A DNA stretch of 64,000 nucleotides. Source: Geopsychrobacteraceae bacterium (lineage in GTDB: Bacteria > Desulfobacterota > Desulfuromonadia > Desulfuromonadales > Geopsychrobacteraceae). Location: positions 4,384,001-4,448,000 of the forward strand of contig OY759353.1 of the NCBI GenBank assembly GCA_963662315.1, written 5' to 3'. The position numbers and the translations under genes were made by a program. The notes beneath the pieces were generated by a model. That model was not told the DNA's origin and did no database searches. It saw nothing but the letters and a program-made list of their open reading frames with translations. Positions 53,564 through 63,720 of this stretch are shown here, one piece after another (within the stretch, counting starts at the first letter, position 1; the number at the start of each line of letters is the position of its first letter).

Positions 53564-54170
53564 GGTGCGAAGCTGATCGGAAACGCACTGTCGTTGGCAC
53601 AGTGATCCAGATGGGTATCCTAGCGATTCAGAACGGTGCGAAGCTGATCGGAAACGCACTGTCGTTGGCACCACACACCATGGTAAACAGATCGCAAAGG
53701 GTTGAGGTGCGAAGCTGATCGGAAACGCACTGTCGTTGGCACACTGAACGCATGAGAAGCCAGGGAGTCACAGACCGGTGCGAAGCTGATCGGAAACGCA
53801 CTGTCGTTGGCACGGCATCACCGTATCCCCGTACTCATCGATCAAGTGGTGCGAAGCTGATCGGAAACGCACTGTCGTTGGCACCCACCCTGATTGCCCT
53901 ATCAATAAGGGGTGCTTTGGGTGCGAAGCTGATCGGAAACGCACTGTCGTTGGCACTCTGTAAATACATAGAAGTTAATAATAATCCAGTGGTGCGAAGC
54001 TGATCGGAAACGCACTGTCGTTGGCACTTCCTATCCCTAAACCGTCTCCACTCAAGCCCACGGTGCGAAGCTGATCGGAAACGCACTGTCGTTGGCACAA
54101 CTTGCGCATGGGTGTGACATGCGACTCCATTAGGGTGCGAAGCTGATCGGAAACGCACTGTGGATTTTAC
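53564..54170 (+). CRISPR. CRISPR array: 9 repeats (37 nt, GGTGCGAAGCTGATCGGAAACGCACTGTCGTTGGCAC) and 8 spacers of 34-35 nt
   Basis: Repeats start at 53564, 53635, 53706, 53777, 53848, 53920, 53991, 54062 and 54134; last one degenerate at its 3' end; TGGCAC terminus typical of V-B. Confidence 0.98.
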
Positions 54171-54333
54171 CTTGGCTCGAGCACTGGCCCTACAACATCC
54201 ATAGCATATCCCCACGACCTATCGCCGTAGGCCTAGCAAAACCAATACTCATTCACAATACAAACATCCCAGCAACTTTAGTTTAATGGTGGTGTAGTTT
54301 GGGGTGATGTGTGTTCCGGTATGCACTACTAGG

Positions 54334-54367
<34 letters not shown>

Positions 54368-54371
54368 GCTG

Positions 54372-55319
54372 TTACCAATCGGGTAGGTCGATCCGCGCCT
54401 CTTGCCGTGGGTCCGGTGGCGCAGGATCAAGACCATCCACGATGCAGCGATATTTATACTCTTCTAAGACCTCCGCTTGCGTCTGAGGGTCAAGCTCAAC
54501 TGAAAAACCGACCCACTTAAGGTTTAGTTGCTGCACTTTGAGGAGCTGGCCCGCTATAGGATGATCCTTTAGGCACTGGATCAGCAGGGTGGTGCGCTGC
54601 TCTCTGTCGGCTGGGCTATGCACTAGGGTAACAGGGTCAGCCACTGGAAGTAAGTCTTCGCTGAGACAGCCCCAGCATTTGCCGTACTGCCAAACCGTGC
54701 CCTTGTCGGCAACTGGTTGTTTGCTGAGGTAGTGGATAAGGTCGCCTGCGCCTGGGCGATGCTTGCCGTGGTACATGGCCTGGACATTAACACTGCGGTG
54801 TAATGATTCTGGGTCCGCGTTTTTGTGGATACGGTCGCGCCAGATGGTGTTTATGGTGGCGGTAACGTCTCTGATCTGCTGGCGTACCGCTAAGAACATC
54901 ATTAGGTGTAGATGCAATAGGCCTGTTGCGCCAAGTTCCACTTTCCAGATGGACCCTTGCCAGTCGGGGCCGTAATGATTACTAAGGCTACGCCCTAGCG
55001 CCCTACGTACTTTGGCTAGGTCTCCTTTAGCGTAGTCAGTGCCGGTCGGCATGTTCAGCGTCAGGAAAAATCCTCTACCCGAAGGGCTACCCTTCGCAAG
55101 CTCTAGGTAGGGTTCCCAGTCGATGGAGTGGGCGCACCGGCGGTAACGACGCTGAGACTGCGGGGTGAACGTCTGGATCTCAGCCCTTGGTGCTCCTATT
55201 GTGGTGAGGTTTATATCTGCTGCAGGCGCAGTGTTACTATTGTTGTGTGTGGTGTAGTAATCGTACGTAGACGACGTCAACGTACCATCTGGGTACAAGG
55301 TATACTGTTGCAATCGCAT
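54372..55319 (-). CDS. HUH-endonuclease rolling-circle replication initiator-like protein
   Basis: Motif I FFLTLN, motif II WKVE..G.LHLHLMMF, motif III YLSK in canonical order; start uncertain. Confidence 0.72.
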   Translation of the reverse strand: MRLQQYTLYPDGTLTSSTYDYYTTHNNSNTAPAADINLTTIGAPRAEIQTFTPQSQRRYRRCAHSIDWEPYLELAKGSPSGRGFFLTLNMPTGTDYAKGDLAKVRRALGRSLSNHYGPDWQGSIWKVELGATGLLHLHLMMFLAVRQQIRDVTATINTIWRDRIHKNADPESLHRSVNVQAMYHGKHRPGAGDLIHYLSKQPVADKGTVWQYGKCWGCLSEDLLPVADPVTLVHSPADREQRTTLLIQCLKDHPIAGQLLKVQQLNLKWVGFSVELDPQTQAEVLEEYKYRCIVDGLDPAPPDPRQEARIDLPDW

Positions 55320-55441
55320 GGAGTAGGCTCTCTGTGGCGTCGCAGCGAAGGAATAAAGAGAGGCCCGCCGACGCTGCGACGACGTCGACGGGACTTATGA
55401 AGCTAACTCTGGCCTGAGTCAGCTTTGTTGGTAGGGTAGGG

Positions 55442-55780
55442 TTATTCTGAGGCGTCAATCCCAAGTGTGCGGTACACGTCGATCAGGTGTGTTGCACCGT
55501 CAGGGATAATGTCTTTATTGCGAGCAAGTTCGATGTAACGCCAGACAGACTGGGGGCTGGCGTCGAGTTCGCGCCGCGCCCAGATGCTGAATAAAGCTTC
55601 ATTGCTTCCAAACCTGTTAGTAAGGACGTCGAGTAAATAAACACCGCATGCGAGGCGGTGGTTTACTGCATTATGCAGGAGGTTAAGTTCTTGCGCGATG
55701 ATGTCTGAGGTTGCTTTGGTTTTGCGGATATATGCGGACATAACTAGATGACTCCTGTTTGGTTTTGTAGGGGGATTCAT
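55442..55780 (-). CDS. DUF3102-like phage/MGE protein
   Basis: G.YLL......F..W...EL..S..SV.RYI.LA pattern resembles DUF3102. Confidence 0.5.
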   Translation of the reverse strand: MNPPTKPNRSHLVMSAYIRKTKATSDIIAQELNLLHNAVNHRLACGVYLLDVLTNRFGSNEALFSIWARRELDASPQSVWRYIELARNKDIIPDGATHLIDVYRTLGIDASE

Positions 55781-56066
55781 CTAGTTATGTGCAGATTTGA
55801 GTAAAAAAATATTAGATTAAGTTACGTATTTATTTACCCTGAATCTAGGGTACGGGAGTGTCGATAACTCCCTTTATGTGGCATCTTGGGCAGATAGTAT
55901 TATATTGCGGTTATTGTCCTGTTTGCCAGGATAAATCCCCTAGCGAAGCAATCAAATATTGGGCCGACGCAGTATCCATGCGGATTTGCTGAAGCGATTA
56001 AGGCACCTAGTGGTGACGGAGTATGGTGAGTGGGTGGCGCCAAGCTCGTAAGGCGGGCTTGCTCGG

Positions 56067-56360
56067 TCAATTGACTGCGGCGCGAGCTGCAAACCAGGTG
56101 ATGAAGGTGTCGACGGGGTAGCAGATCTTTTTGCCCACTAAAATGTGAGGAGGCCCTTCTTGTGCGCTGTCAAGATTAGCCATGTAGCCTGAAGTGTATG
56201 TGCCACCAGTGAACTCTGAGATTTTACTGCGAGCGACTATGGGTGAGGGCCACTTCTCAGCGAATACTGCGAAGTCAAATGGGGTATGGTTGGATGTTGA
56301 TACTACAGTGGTACTGTCTGTCAATGTGTGCTCCTGTGGATGGGCGGATAGTAGACGCAC
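56067..56360 (-). CDS. Excisionase/AlpA-like small DNA-binding protein
   Basis: WPSPIVARS.I.EFTGG.....YMANLDS..EGPP...VGKKICYPV..FI.W; lies next to the att end. Confidence 0.65.
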   Translation of the reverse strand: MRLLSAHPQEHTLTDSTTVVSTSNHTPFDFAVFAEKWPSPIVARSKISEFTGGTYTSGYMANLDSAQEGPPHILVGKKICYPVDTFITWFAARAAVN

Positions 56361-56604
56361 GTATACGCAGGCTGGATAGAATCCGCTTGTGTGTGAGTCA
56401 TGTTGTGATGAATAGTTTGGCTCGGGAAATGAGCCTAATTATGAAATTAGGGCCACTAATATGCAGCAAGTCAGGATCTTTGTCAAATTTTAAATGATTA
56501 AAAGAAGCTAATTACAGGGACCCGCTGTGATCTGTGAAGAAAAGAGGGCTGGAAAGAAATTGAAGAACTGGGAGAGTGCTGGGAGAGAACAGCAGAAAAT
56601 AAAA

Positions 56605-56644
56605 CGGATACTTAGTGAAATTTTCACCTAAGTACCCGTTTTTT
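56605..56644 (-). terminator. Element-supplied hairpin downstream of the tRNA
   Basis: Imperfect acgg.tacttag / ctaagtac.cgt inverted repeat; an analogous hairpin (aagcactta/taagtgctt) lies at about 47357-47385. Confidence 0.55.
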
Positions 56645-56647
56645 AAC

Positions 56648-56723
<76 letters not shown>

Positions 56724-56736
56724 ATTGAGGTCTGAT

Positions 56737-56765
56737 TTTCTACCGCAATTTATCGTAAGAGTCAA
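56737..56765 (-). promoter_or_regulatory. Putative sigma70 promoter of the tRNA
   Basis: Minus strand TTGACT-N17-TAGAAA just upstream of the tRNA. Confidence 0.55.
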
Positions 56766-56960
56766 TATTCATTACAGCTATTATTCCGATAAAACGGCAG
56801 ATCCTATGCGCCAGAGACGGACTTTTTCGCTTAATGTCTCAGCAGTTGCCTGGAAAAGTGAGTAAAATTTATTCAAACTGTTGCTGAAAATGATTTATAA
56901 ATCATTCAGGAAGGCTACGGCTCTACGGATTTTAGCGATGATATTCGATTTTTATGAAAC

Positions 56961-56976
56961 AGGCACGGTTCAAGCA
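56961..56976 (+). promoter_or_regulatory. Putative sigma54 (-24/-12) promoter
   Basis: AGGCACGGTTCAAGCA, GG-N10-GC, about 40-50 bp upstream of the ATP-grasp operon. Confidence 0.45.
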
Positions 56977-57017
56977 ATATCAGGTGCGGTTGCGCTTATT
57001 TCTCTTTCAGACGGGTA

Positions 57018-58511
57018 ATGCTATCTATGAGTTCACAAATTCCGGAATTGTTTGATTGTTGTGATGCTGCCCCATACGATGAGGCCTTTAGTGCCAACGG
57101 TGAGGTCAGGGGGACTTATCAAAAGGCGGTCGAGTATTTTCGGCACAAAGGGGTGGACGGAACTGCAGACATGCAGCAATCTGCTGATTTTTCTCTGCTT
57201 AATCAGGGGGTCACCTTTACCGTTTATTCTGACGCCCGTGGTACGGAAAAGATTTTCCCTTTCGATCTGATGCCACGCATTCTGACCAGCACTGAATGGC
57301 GCCATATAGAGGCCGGGGTCATTCAACGTATGACCGCTCTGAACCTGTTTCTGGAAGATGTCTATCACGATCAGAAAATTCTTAAAGACGGAGTCGTGCC
57401 GACCCATCAGGTTGTCGGCTCCAGTCTATATTGCCGCGAAATGACGCGGCTTAATCCTCCTGGCGGTATTCATGTTCACATTGGCGGGATTGATTTGATT
57501 CGTAACCAGAGCGGTGATTTCCATATCCTGGAAGATAACCTGCGGGTGCCTTCCGGGGTTTCGTATGTTCTTGAAAACCGCATGGTCATGGCCCGGGCCT
57601 TGCCGGAGCTGATGGAAAATTACCGGGTTCTTCCGGTTGACCACTATCCGCAGATGTTATTTGACAGCCTGGTGTCTTTGACTGATGCCAAGAAACCGAC
57701 CATCGCCGTTCTGACGCCGGGTATTTACAACTCTGCTTATTTTGAACATTCCTTCCTCGCCGGGCAAATGGGCGTCGAATTGGTCGAGGGGCAGGATCTG
57801 GTTGTCGATCAGGATGTGCTTTATATGAAGGACATCACCGGTTTGAAACGGGTTGATGTTCTGTACCTGCGGCTCGATACGGATTTTCTTGATCCCCTGG
57901 TGTTCCGGGCTGATTCCATTCTTGGGGTTCCCGGCCTGATGAACGCTTACCGGGCCGGCAATGTCGCCCTGGCCAACGCGCCGGGCAACGGTGTTGCTGA
58001 TGACAAGGCCTTGTATGCTTACACCCCGGATATTATCCGTTACTATCTGGATCAAGATCCGATTTTGCCGATTATTCCGACCTACCTCGGCTCGCGGCCT
58101 GATGAACTCAAATACATGGTTGAGAACCTCGCATCCCTTGTCGTTAAGCCTACGGATGCTTCAGGAGGCTATGGTCTGCTGGTCGGTTCCCATGCCACCA
58201 AGGACGAGCTGGCGGAGTTCCGGACCAAGCTGCTTGAGCGGCCTGAAGGGTACATTGCTCAGCCGATTCAACAACTGTCCACCCATCCGTCATTTCTGGA
58301 GCAGGAGGGGCAAAAAGGGTTCTTTTCTCGGCATATTGATCTGCGGCCGTTTGCTGTTTGTAATGCGGCTGGTGATGTCAAAGTCCTGCCTGGCGGGTTA
58401 ACCAGGGTCGCTCTTAAGCGCGGCAGTCTGGTTGTCAACTCATCGCAGGGGGGAGGCAGTAAAGATACCTGGGTTCTGCGGGACAGCCGTCAGGAGGGTG
58501 CGAATGCTTAG
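57018..58511 (+). CDS. Circularly permuted type 2 ATP-grasp protein
   Basis: LEDNLRVPSGVSY, NAPGNGVADDK, GGLTRVAL..GSLVVNSSQGGGSKDTWV. Confidence 0.95.
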   Translation: MLSMSSQIPELFDCCDAAPYDEAFSANGEVRGTYQKAVEYFRHKGVDGTADMQQSADFSLLNQGVTFTVYSDARGTEKIFPFDLMPRILTSTEWRHIEAGVIQRMTALNLFLEDVYHDQKILKDGVVPTHQVVGSSLYCREMTRLNPPGGIHVHIGGIDLIRNQSGDFHILEDNLRVPSGVSYVLENRMVMARALPELMENYRVLPVDHYPQMLFDSLVSLTDAKKPTIAVLTPGIYNSAYFEHSFLAGQMGVELVEGQDLVVDQDVLYMKDITGLKRVDVLYLRLDTDFLDPLVFRADSILGVPGLMNAYRAGNVALANAPGNGVADDKALYAYTPDIIRYYLDQDPILPIIPTYLGSRPDELKYMVENLASLVVKPTDASGGYGLLVGSHATKDELAEFRTKLLERPEGYIAQPIQQLSTHPSFLEQEGQKGFFSRHIDLRPFAVCNAAGDVKVLPGGLTRVALKRGSLVVNSSQGGGSKDTWVLRDSRQEGANA

Positions 58512-59496
58512 TCGTATTGCCAGAAATTTGTTCGAACTTGGGCAGCAGATTGAACGTACCGAAAATATCGCCCGTTTGCTTGAGGTCAATGAAAAGATGA
58601 CTATTCAGGGGGAGTCTGTCCCTGAAATGGATATCTGGTCACCGCTGCTTGCTGTTACCCGTATCGATGATAATTACCACCAGCAATATGATGTGGTGAC
58701 CAGGCAGAAGGTTATCAACTATCTGTTGTGGGATACCAGTCATGCCTATTCCGTGGCATCGTGTCTATCACGTGCCCGTCAGCTGGCGCGCACCGTGCGG
58801 GAACGGATCAGCGAGGAGATGTGGCTTCTGCTCAACAGTGCCTATCATGATCAGGAGAAGCTCAGGAGTATTCGTGAACAGCAGCTGTTTAACTGGAAGA
58901 TTCAGCGCTTCTGCAATGCTTTCTACGGACTGACCAACAATACCATGGTCCATGGTCAATCCTGGCATTTTTTCCAACTGGGCAGTGCACTGGAACGGGC
59001 GCTGATGACCTGTCGTATTCTCGAGATGAAGTACCACATCCTGTTACCCCATTCCAGTGATGTTGGTACGCCTGTTGACCTGCATCAGTGGCAGGGACTG
59101 CTGCGCTCGGTGTCAGGTTATGAGGCTTATCGCCGTCTTTATCTGGCGCGTATTGACCCGGCCAATGTGCTTAATCTGTTGTTGACCAATGTGCGTTTTC
59201 CACGTTCTGTTCACTATTGTATCCAGCAGGCTCATGCTTCGTTCAGGGGCATCGGCATGTATAATGAAGAGCAGTTCAAGCTGTTTATGAAGGTTGAAGA
59301 ATTCCTGGAAGACCTGCGCGAAGGTGTTCATGGTGAAGATATTCTTGCCACCGGCTTTTTTGAGTTCCTTCAAGCGCTGGAAAGCAGGATAGAGATGCTC
59401 ATTGGCATGACTCATCAAGCTTATTTTAACTCAATCACCGTGACCGTCCTGGATGAACATCAACGGCGTCTGGCGATTCAGATACCACAACAGTAG
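58504..59496 (+). CDS. Alpha-E domain protein
   Basis: MLSRIA..LF..G..IER.EN.ARLL and FPRS motifs; ATG at 58504 overlaps the upstream stop. Confidence 0.92.
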   Translation: MLSRIARNLFELGQQIERTENIARLLEVNEKMTIQGESVPEMDIWSPLLAVTRIDDNYHQQYDVVTRQKVINYLLWDTSHAYSVASCLSRARQLARTVRERISEEMWLLLNSAYHDQEKLRSIREQQLFNWKIQRFCNAFYGLTNNTMVHGQSWHFFQLGSALERALMTCRILEMKYHILLPHSSDVGTPVDLHQWQGLLRSVSGYEAYRRLYLARIDPANVLNLLLTNVRFPRSVHYCIQQAHASFRGIGMYNEEQFKLFMKVEEFLEDLREGVHGEDILATGFFEFLQALESRIEMLIGMTHQAYFNSITVTVLDEHQRRLAIQIPQQ

Positions 59497-59505
59497 GGGA
59501 GCTCT

Positions 59506-60390
59506 ATGAAACCGTTAGGCAAGAATCAGAAGGTTGTGCTGGGAGTGACCCATAAAACTAGTTTTACTTACAGTGAGGCGGTATCCCAGTCCCACAATGA
59601 ACTGCGTATGTCGCCAGTCGATACTGGGCTGCAGCGGGTTCTGAAGCACGAGATCAGTATTGATCCGAAAGTGAATTTGCGCCAACACATCGATCACTTC
59701 GGCAACCAGGTGGTGCACTTTAATCTGCTCGAACCGCATAATCACCTGATCATTACCGCTGTTTCGGAGGTCGAGACCATCAATGAGTTCAGCTGTGGTG
59801 CCGAAGCGGAACCTGATCCACGCCCTTATCAGGACAGGCTGGTCGAATTTCTCGACTGGACGGCCGGAGTGCCGCAGTTGATCGAGTATGGTGAAGTTCC
59901 TGTGACTGAAGGCTTAAGCTCAACCGCTACTGAAGCGGAATTCAGGGCCGCTCTGCAGGAGCTTGCGGCTTATTTTTATCAGACCTTTACTTACCGGGTG
60001 GATGTGACCAATGTCTATTCAACCCCTCGTGAGTTGTTTGCCAATCAGGCCGGGGTCTGTCAGGATATGGCCCATGCCTTGCTTGGTGTGTTACGCCTTC
60101 ATGGTGTGCCGGCTCGTTATGTCAGTGGTTATGTTTTAAACACTGAGGATCAGGCTGACGATCTTACCCTGCGCGGTAGTGGAGCAACCCATGCCTGGGT
60201 GCATGCCTGGCATGAAGGTGCTGGCTGGATCGGCATAGATCCGACCAATAATAAGCTGGTCGATTGGCAGTATGTGCGCACGGCGGTTGGGCGCGATTAT
60301 TTTGATGTCCAGCCGGTGCGGGGAGTGTTTCAGGGCACAACGGAACAGCAGATGTCCGTGGCTGTCGAGGTCCGGGTTTTAAGTCAGTAA
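59506..60390 (+). CDS. Transglutaminase-family protein
   Basis: GVCQDMAH, ARYVSGY, HAWV, DPTN, GRDY motifs. Confidence 0.93.
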   Translation: MKPLGKNQKVVLGVTHKTSFTYSEAVSQSHNELRMSPVDTGLQRVLKHEISIDPKVNLRQHIDHFGNQVVHFNLLEPHNHLIITAVSEVETINEFSCGAEAEPDPRPYQDRLVEFLDWTAGVPQLIEYGEVPVTEGLSSTATEAEFRAALQELAAYFYQTFTYRVDVTNVYSTPRELFANQAGVCQDMAHALLGVLRLHGVPARYVSGYVLNTEDQADDLTLRGSGATHAWVHAWHEGAGWIGIDPTNNKLVDWQYVRTAVGRDYFDVQPVRGVFQGTTEQQMSVAVEVRVLSQ

Positions 60391-60563
60391 TAATTTTTTG
60401 TGGAAAACACCTGTCATTACAACCTGAAGGCCTGATTGATGCCCTGTTCTGTGGCGGGAGATGTCAATCAGGCCTTGTCTGTTGGTTGTATTGATTTATA
60501 CTGAAGGTTGTACAGCAATTTGTGTTTGTTTTTGTCTGTCACCAACAAGGAGGACCATTGACA

Positions 60564-61142
60564 ATGTCAAAAAGTATCAAAGGAACCGAAACGGAAAAGA
60601 ACTTATTGATTTCTTTTGCCGGGGAATCGCAAGCACGTATGCGTTATAACTACTTTGCCAGCATCGCCAAAAAAGATGGCTATGTTCAGATTGCTGACAT
60701 TTTTGAGGAAACAGCCAATCAGGAAAAAGAACATGCCAAGCGATTTTTTAAATTCCTGGAAGGTGGTGACCTTCAGGTGACAGCGACCTATCCGGCTGGA
60801 AAAATGGGGTCGACAACGGAGAATCTGGCGGCCGCTGCCGCCGGTGAGCTGGAAGAACATGCCGATATGTACCCGGCATTTGCCGCCATTGCCCGCCAGG
60901 AAGGGTTTCCTGAGATAGCCGCTGCCTGGACCGCAATCTGTGTCGCAGAGCAACAGCATGAAAAACGTTTTCGCGATCTGCTGAGCAATATCGAGCATGG
61001 CCGGGTCTTTGCCCGGGAGGAAAAGGTTGTCTGGCGGTGTCGCAACTGTGGTTACCTGCACGAAGGTACCAGCGCCCCTGAGAAGTGTCCTGCCTGCATC
61101 CACCCTCAGGCGCATTTCGAGCTGTTGGCCGAAAACTGGTAA
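60564..61142 (+). CDS. rbr: Rubrerythrin
   Basis: SFAGESQARMRY, EKEHAKRF, C-terminal CRNCGY...CPAC.HP. Confidence 0.95.
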   Translation: MSKSIKGTETEKNLLISFAGESQARMRYNYFASIAKKDGYVQIADIFEETANQEKEHAKRFFKFLEGGDLQVTATYPAGKMGSTTENLAAAAAGELEEHADMYPAFAAIARQEGFPEIAAAWTAICVAEQQHEKRFRDLLSNIEHGRVFAREEKVVWRCRNCGYLHEGTSAPEKCPACIHPQAHFELLAENW

Positions 61143-61154
61143 GAGGCTTGAATT

Positions 61155-61195
61155 GTTAAGGGCGAGCGCCGCATTCAGAGGCGATCGCCCTTAAC
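61155..61195. terminator. Hairpin between convergent genes
   Basis: gttaagggcga / tcgcccttaac inverted repeat. Confidence 0.6.
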
Positions 61196-61205
61196 CGATA
61201 CGTCT

Positions 61206-62156
61206 TCAGACCAGAATGTTTTTCGCTGTCCAGCCGTTTAGTATGTCATCAATGGCTTGCGCTGCTTCCAATGCGACGCGCTGCGCAGATTCCTTTGTCG
61301 TTCCCGCATTATGAGGGGACAGAATCACATTGTCCAATTTAAGCAGTTCATTATCCAGAGCTGGTGGTTCAGGGGCGAACACATCTAGGGCGGCCCCCGC
61401 GATCTGACCGGTTTTTAAAGCGTTTATCAGTGCTTGTTCATCGACCAATTCGCTGCGGGAGCAATTGATAAAATGGGCTGAGGGTTTCATCAGGGCAAAT
61501 TCCCTGCTACTGACGCAGTTCCTGGTCTGCTCTGTGACCGGTAGGTGGATACTGATAATGTCTGCATGATGAAAAACAAACTCCCAGTCTTCGGTGAGCT
61601 CAATTCCAGCAAGCCCGTAATCCCTGCTTTTGTCACGAACATAAGCAATAATGTTCATGTCGAGAGCGAGCATTGCTTTGCGGGCGACTGCCAGACCGAT
61701 TTTCCCTAGGCCGAGAATCCCTAGATTTTTCCGGCAAAGTCGCAGCTCACGGCACGATGCCGGAAGGCAAAGTTGCCCGAACGCGTCGCCACATCACCTA
61801 TACGGAAATAGCGCCCACTGGTAACGATGAAGCCAAGGGTATGATCAGCAACAGTCATGATGTTGCTGGTGGGTGAGTAGGTCACGCGAATACCGGCTTG
61901 CTGCGCTGCCTTCAGATCGACATTATCGTAACCGGTACCGTAGCGGGCAATGATTTTCAGCTTGGGGGCATGGTTCAGGATGTCCTGATTGATTTTGATG
62001 ATGCGTAAAATCATAGCGTCACAATCTGCGATATCCTGTTTAATCTGGTCCCGACTAAGGCCATTGCCGGTAACGATTTGATACCCCCGTTGTTCAAGGA
62101 AGGTGATACCGGCCTGGTCAATTCTTTCAGGTATATAAATAAATTTTATATGGCAA
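61206..62156 (-). pseudogene. D-2-hydroxyacid / phosphoglycerate dehydrogenase-like gene with two apparent frameshifts
   Basis: IARYGTGYDNVD, GILGLGKIG, INCSR, ALDVF..EP and SPHNAG are spread over frames; breaks near 62137-62144 and 61726-61730. Confidence 0.8.
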
Positions 62157-62397
62157 ACCAGTTCGCTCCTGTTGGAAGAAATAGACGTGCGGCACAGTTG
62201 TAACATCCTTTTGCCCGCGTTTGACATGTTAATGTTTTAGCGAGGGATGATCAAAAAGAAAAGCTTTGAAGCGAGTATTGGTGAGTATACTTGAGTAAAG
62301 CGTGTATTTAAACGGTTCTAGCAGCGATGGCAGATAATAAAAAAGCCGATTCAGAGATCTGAACCGGCTTGTATCATAAGGTTGTGACAGTTGTTGA

Positions 62398-63720
62398 TTA
62401 ATTATAAATCCAGGTAATAACACCCGGGAACATCAACAGAATGGCAAGCGTTGCGATCTGCATCAAAATAAAAGGCCAGACGGATTTGAAGATATCGGTC
62501 AGTTCGATACCTTCCGGTGCCACACTTTTCAGGTAAAAAGCTGCCGGACCGAATGGCGGACTTAAAAAGGATACCTGCATGTTGACACAGAACAACACAC
62601 CAAACCAGATCGGATCATAACCCAGGCTGACGATGATCGGAACGAAGATTGGCATGGTCAGCATGGCAACACCAATCCAGTCAAGGAACATGCCCAGAAT
62701 CAGCAGGATGAACATCATGATCAAAATGGTAAAGATCGGCGGCATGTCAAGACCCATGAACAGGTCATGGATAAACCGATCGCCACCCATCAGGTTGTAG
62801 GTGCCGATAATCATGGTCGCACCAATACCAACCCAGATAATCATCCCGACGGTGCGGATGGTGTGTTTAAGGGCTTCGAAGATAACCGCAATGGTCAATT
62901 CGCGCCGGATTGCTGCCGCAATGGCAACACCGACAACACCGACGCATGCCGATTCGGTAACAGAAGCGACGCCGCCGTAGATACTGCCCAAAATCCAGCC
63001 TGCGATCAGCAGAGGCACGAGGATATCAAGGAACATTTTCTTGACTTCCGCACGACTCATATTGGCCCATTCATTTTCACCCATGGCCGGGCCGAAGTCT
63101 GGCCGGACATTACACAGGACAAGAATGTAAACCATGTACATGCCCGACAGGATACACGCAGCAGGAATGGCTCCGAGGAACAGATCGCCAATGGAGACAT
63201 TGGCGGTCATTCCGTAAATAATAAGAACGATACTCGGAGGGACCATGGTTCCCAGCGCACCGCCTGCGGTAACGGTACCGATGGCGAGTTTCTGATTATA
63301 GCCAAGACGCAGCATCTGTGGCAGGGCCAGCATGCCGAGCAGAACCGTTTCTCCACCGATGATCCCGGACATGGAGGCCAGAATCACGGCGACGATCATA
63401 CTCTGAATAGCAACGCCACCCTTGATTTTACCAGCCATGACGCGCATGGCGTTGTAAAGGTCTTTTGCTATGCCGGTTTTGTCGAGCATGGTGGCCATGA
63501 GCACGAACATAGGGACCGCGACAAAGGTATACGAAGTCGTAAAGTCACTGACCCGGGTCGCGACCATCTGCATGATATTGGCACTGTCAAACCACAAAAA
63601 CGACATGGACAGAGCGATAAAGCCGGTCAGAAAGCCAAGTGGCATGCCGACAAACAGCAGCGACAACATCATCAGAAAAATGACGATGGTTCCAGTTGCA
63701 ATTCCCATGGCACTAAGCAT
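62398..63720 (-). CDS. dctM: TRAP transporter large permease
   Basis: AVPMFVLM, GGALGTMVPPSIVLIIYG, LGYDPIWFGVL..SPPFG. Confidence 0.93.
   Translation of the reverse strand: MLSAMGIATGTIVIFLMMLSLLFVGMPLGFLTGFIALSMSFLWFDSANIMQMVATRVSDFTTSYTFVAVPMFVLMATMLDKTGIAKDLYNAMRVMAGKIKGGVAIQSMIVAVILASMSGIIGGETVLLGMLALPQMLRLGYNQKLAIGTVTAGGALGTMVPPSIVLIIYGMTANVSIGDLFLGAIPAACILSGMYMVYILVLCNVRPDFGPAMGENEWANMSRAEVKKMFLDILVPLLIAGWILGSIYGGVASVTESACVGVVGVAIAAAIRRELTIAVIFEALKHTIRTVGMIIWVGIGATMIIGTYNLMGGDRFIHDLFMGLDMPPIFTILIMMFILLILGMFLDWIGVAMLTMPIFVPIIVSLGYDPIWFGVLFCVNMQVSFLSPPFGPAAFYLKSVAPEGIELTDIFKSVWPFILMQIATLAILLMFPGVITWIYN

Noticed and set aside
49923..54170. CRISPR-associated transposon (Cas12k/CAST)
   Set aside because: No tnsB, tnsC or tniQ; the effector is about 1100 aa with intact RuvC D/E/D; integration is explained by the tyrosine integrase and att repeats
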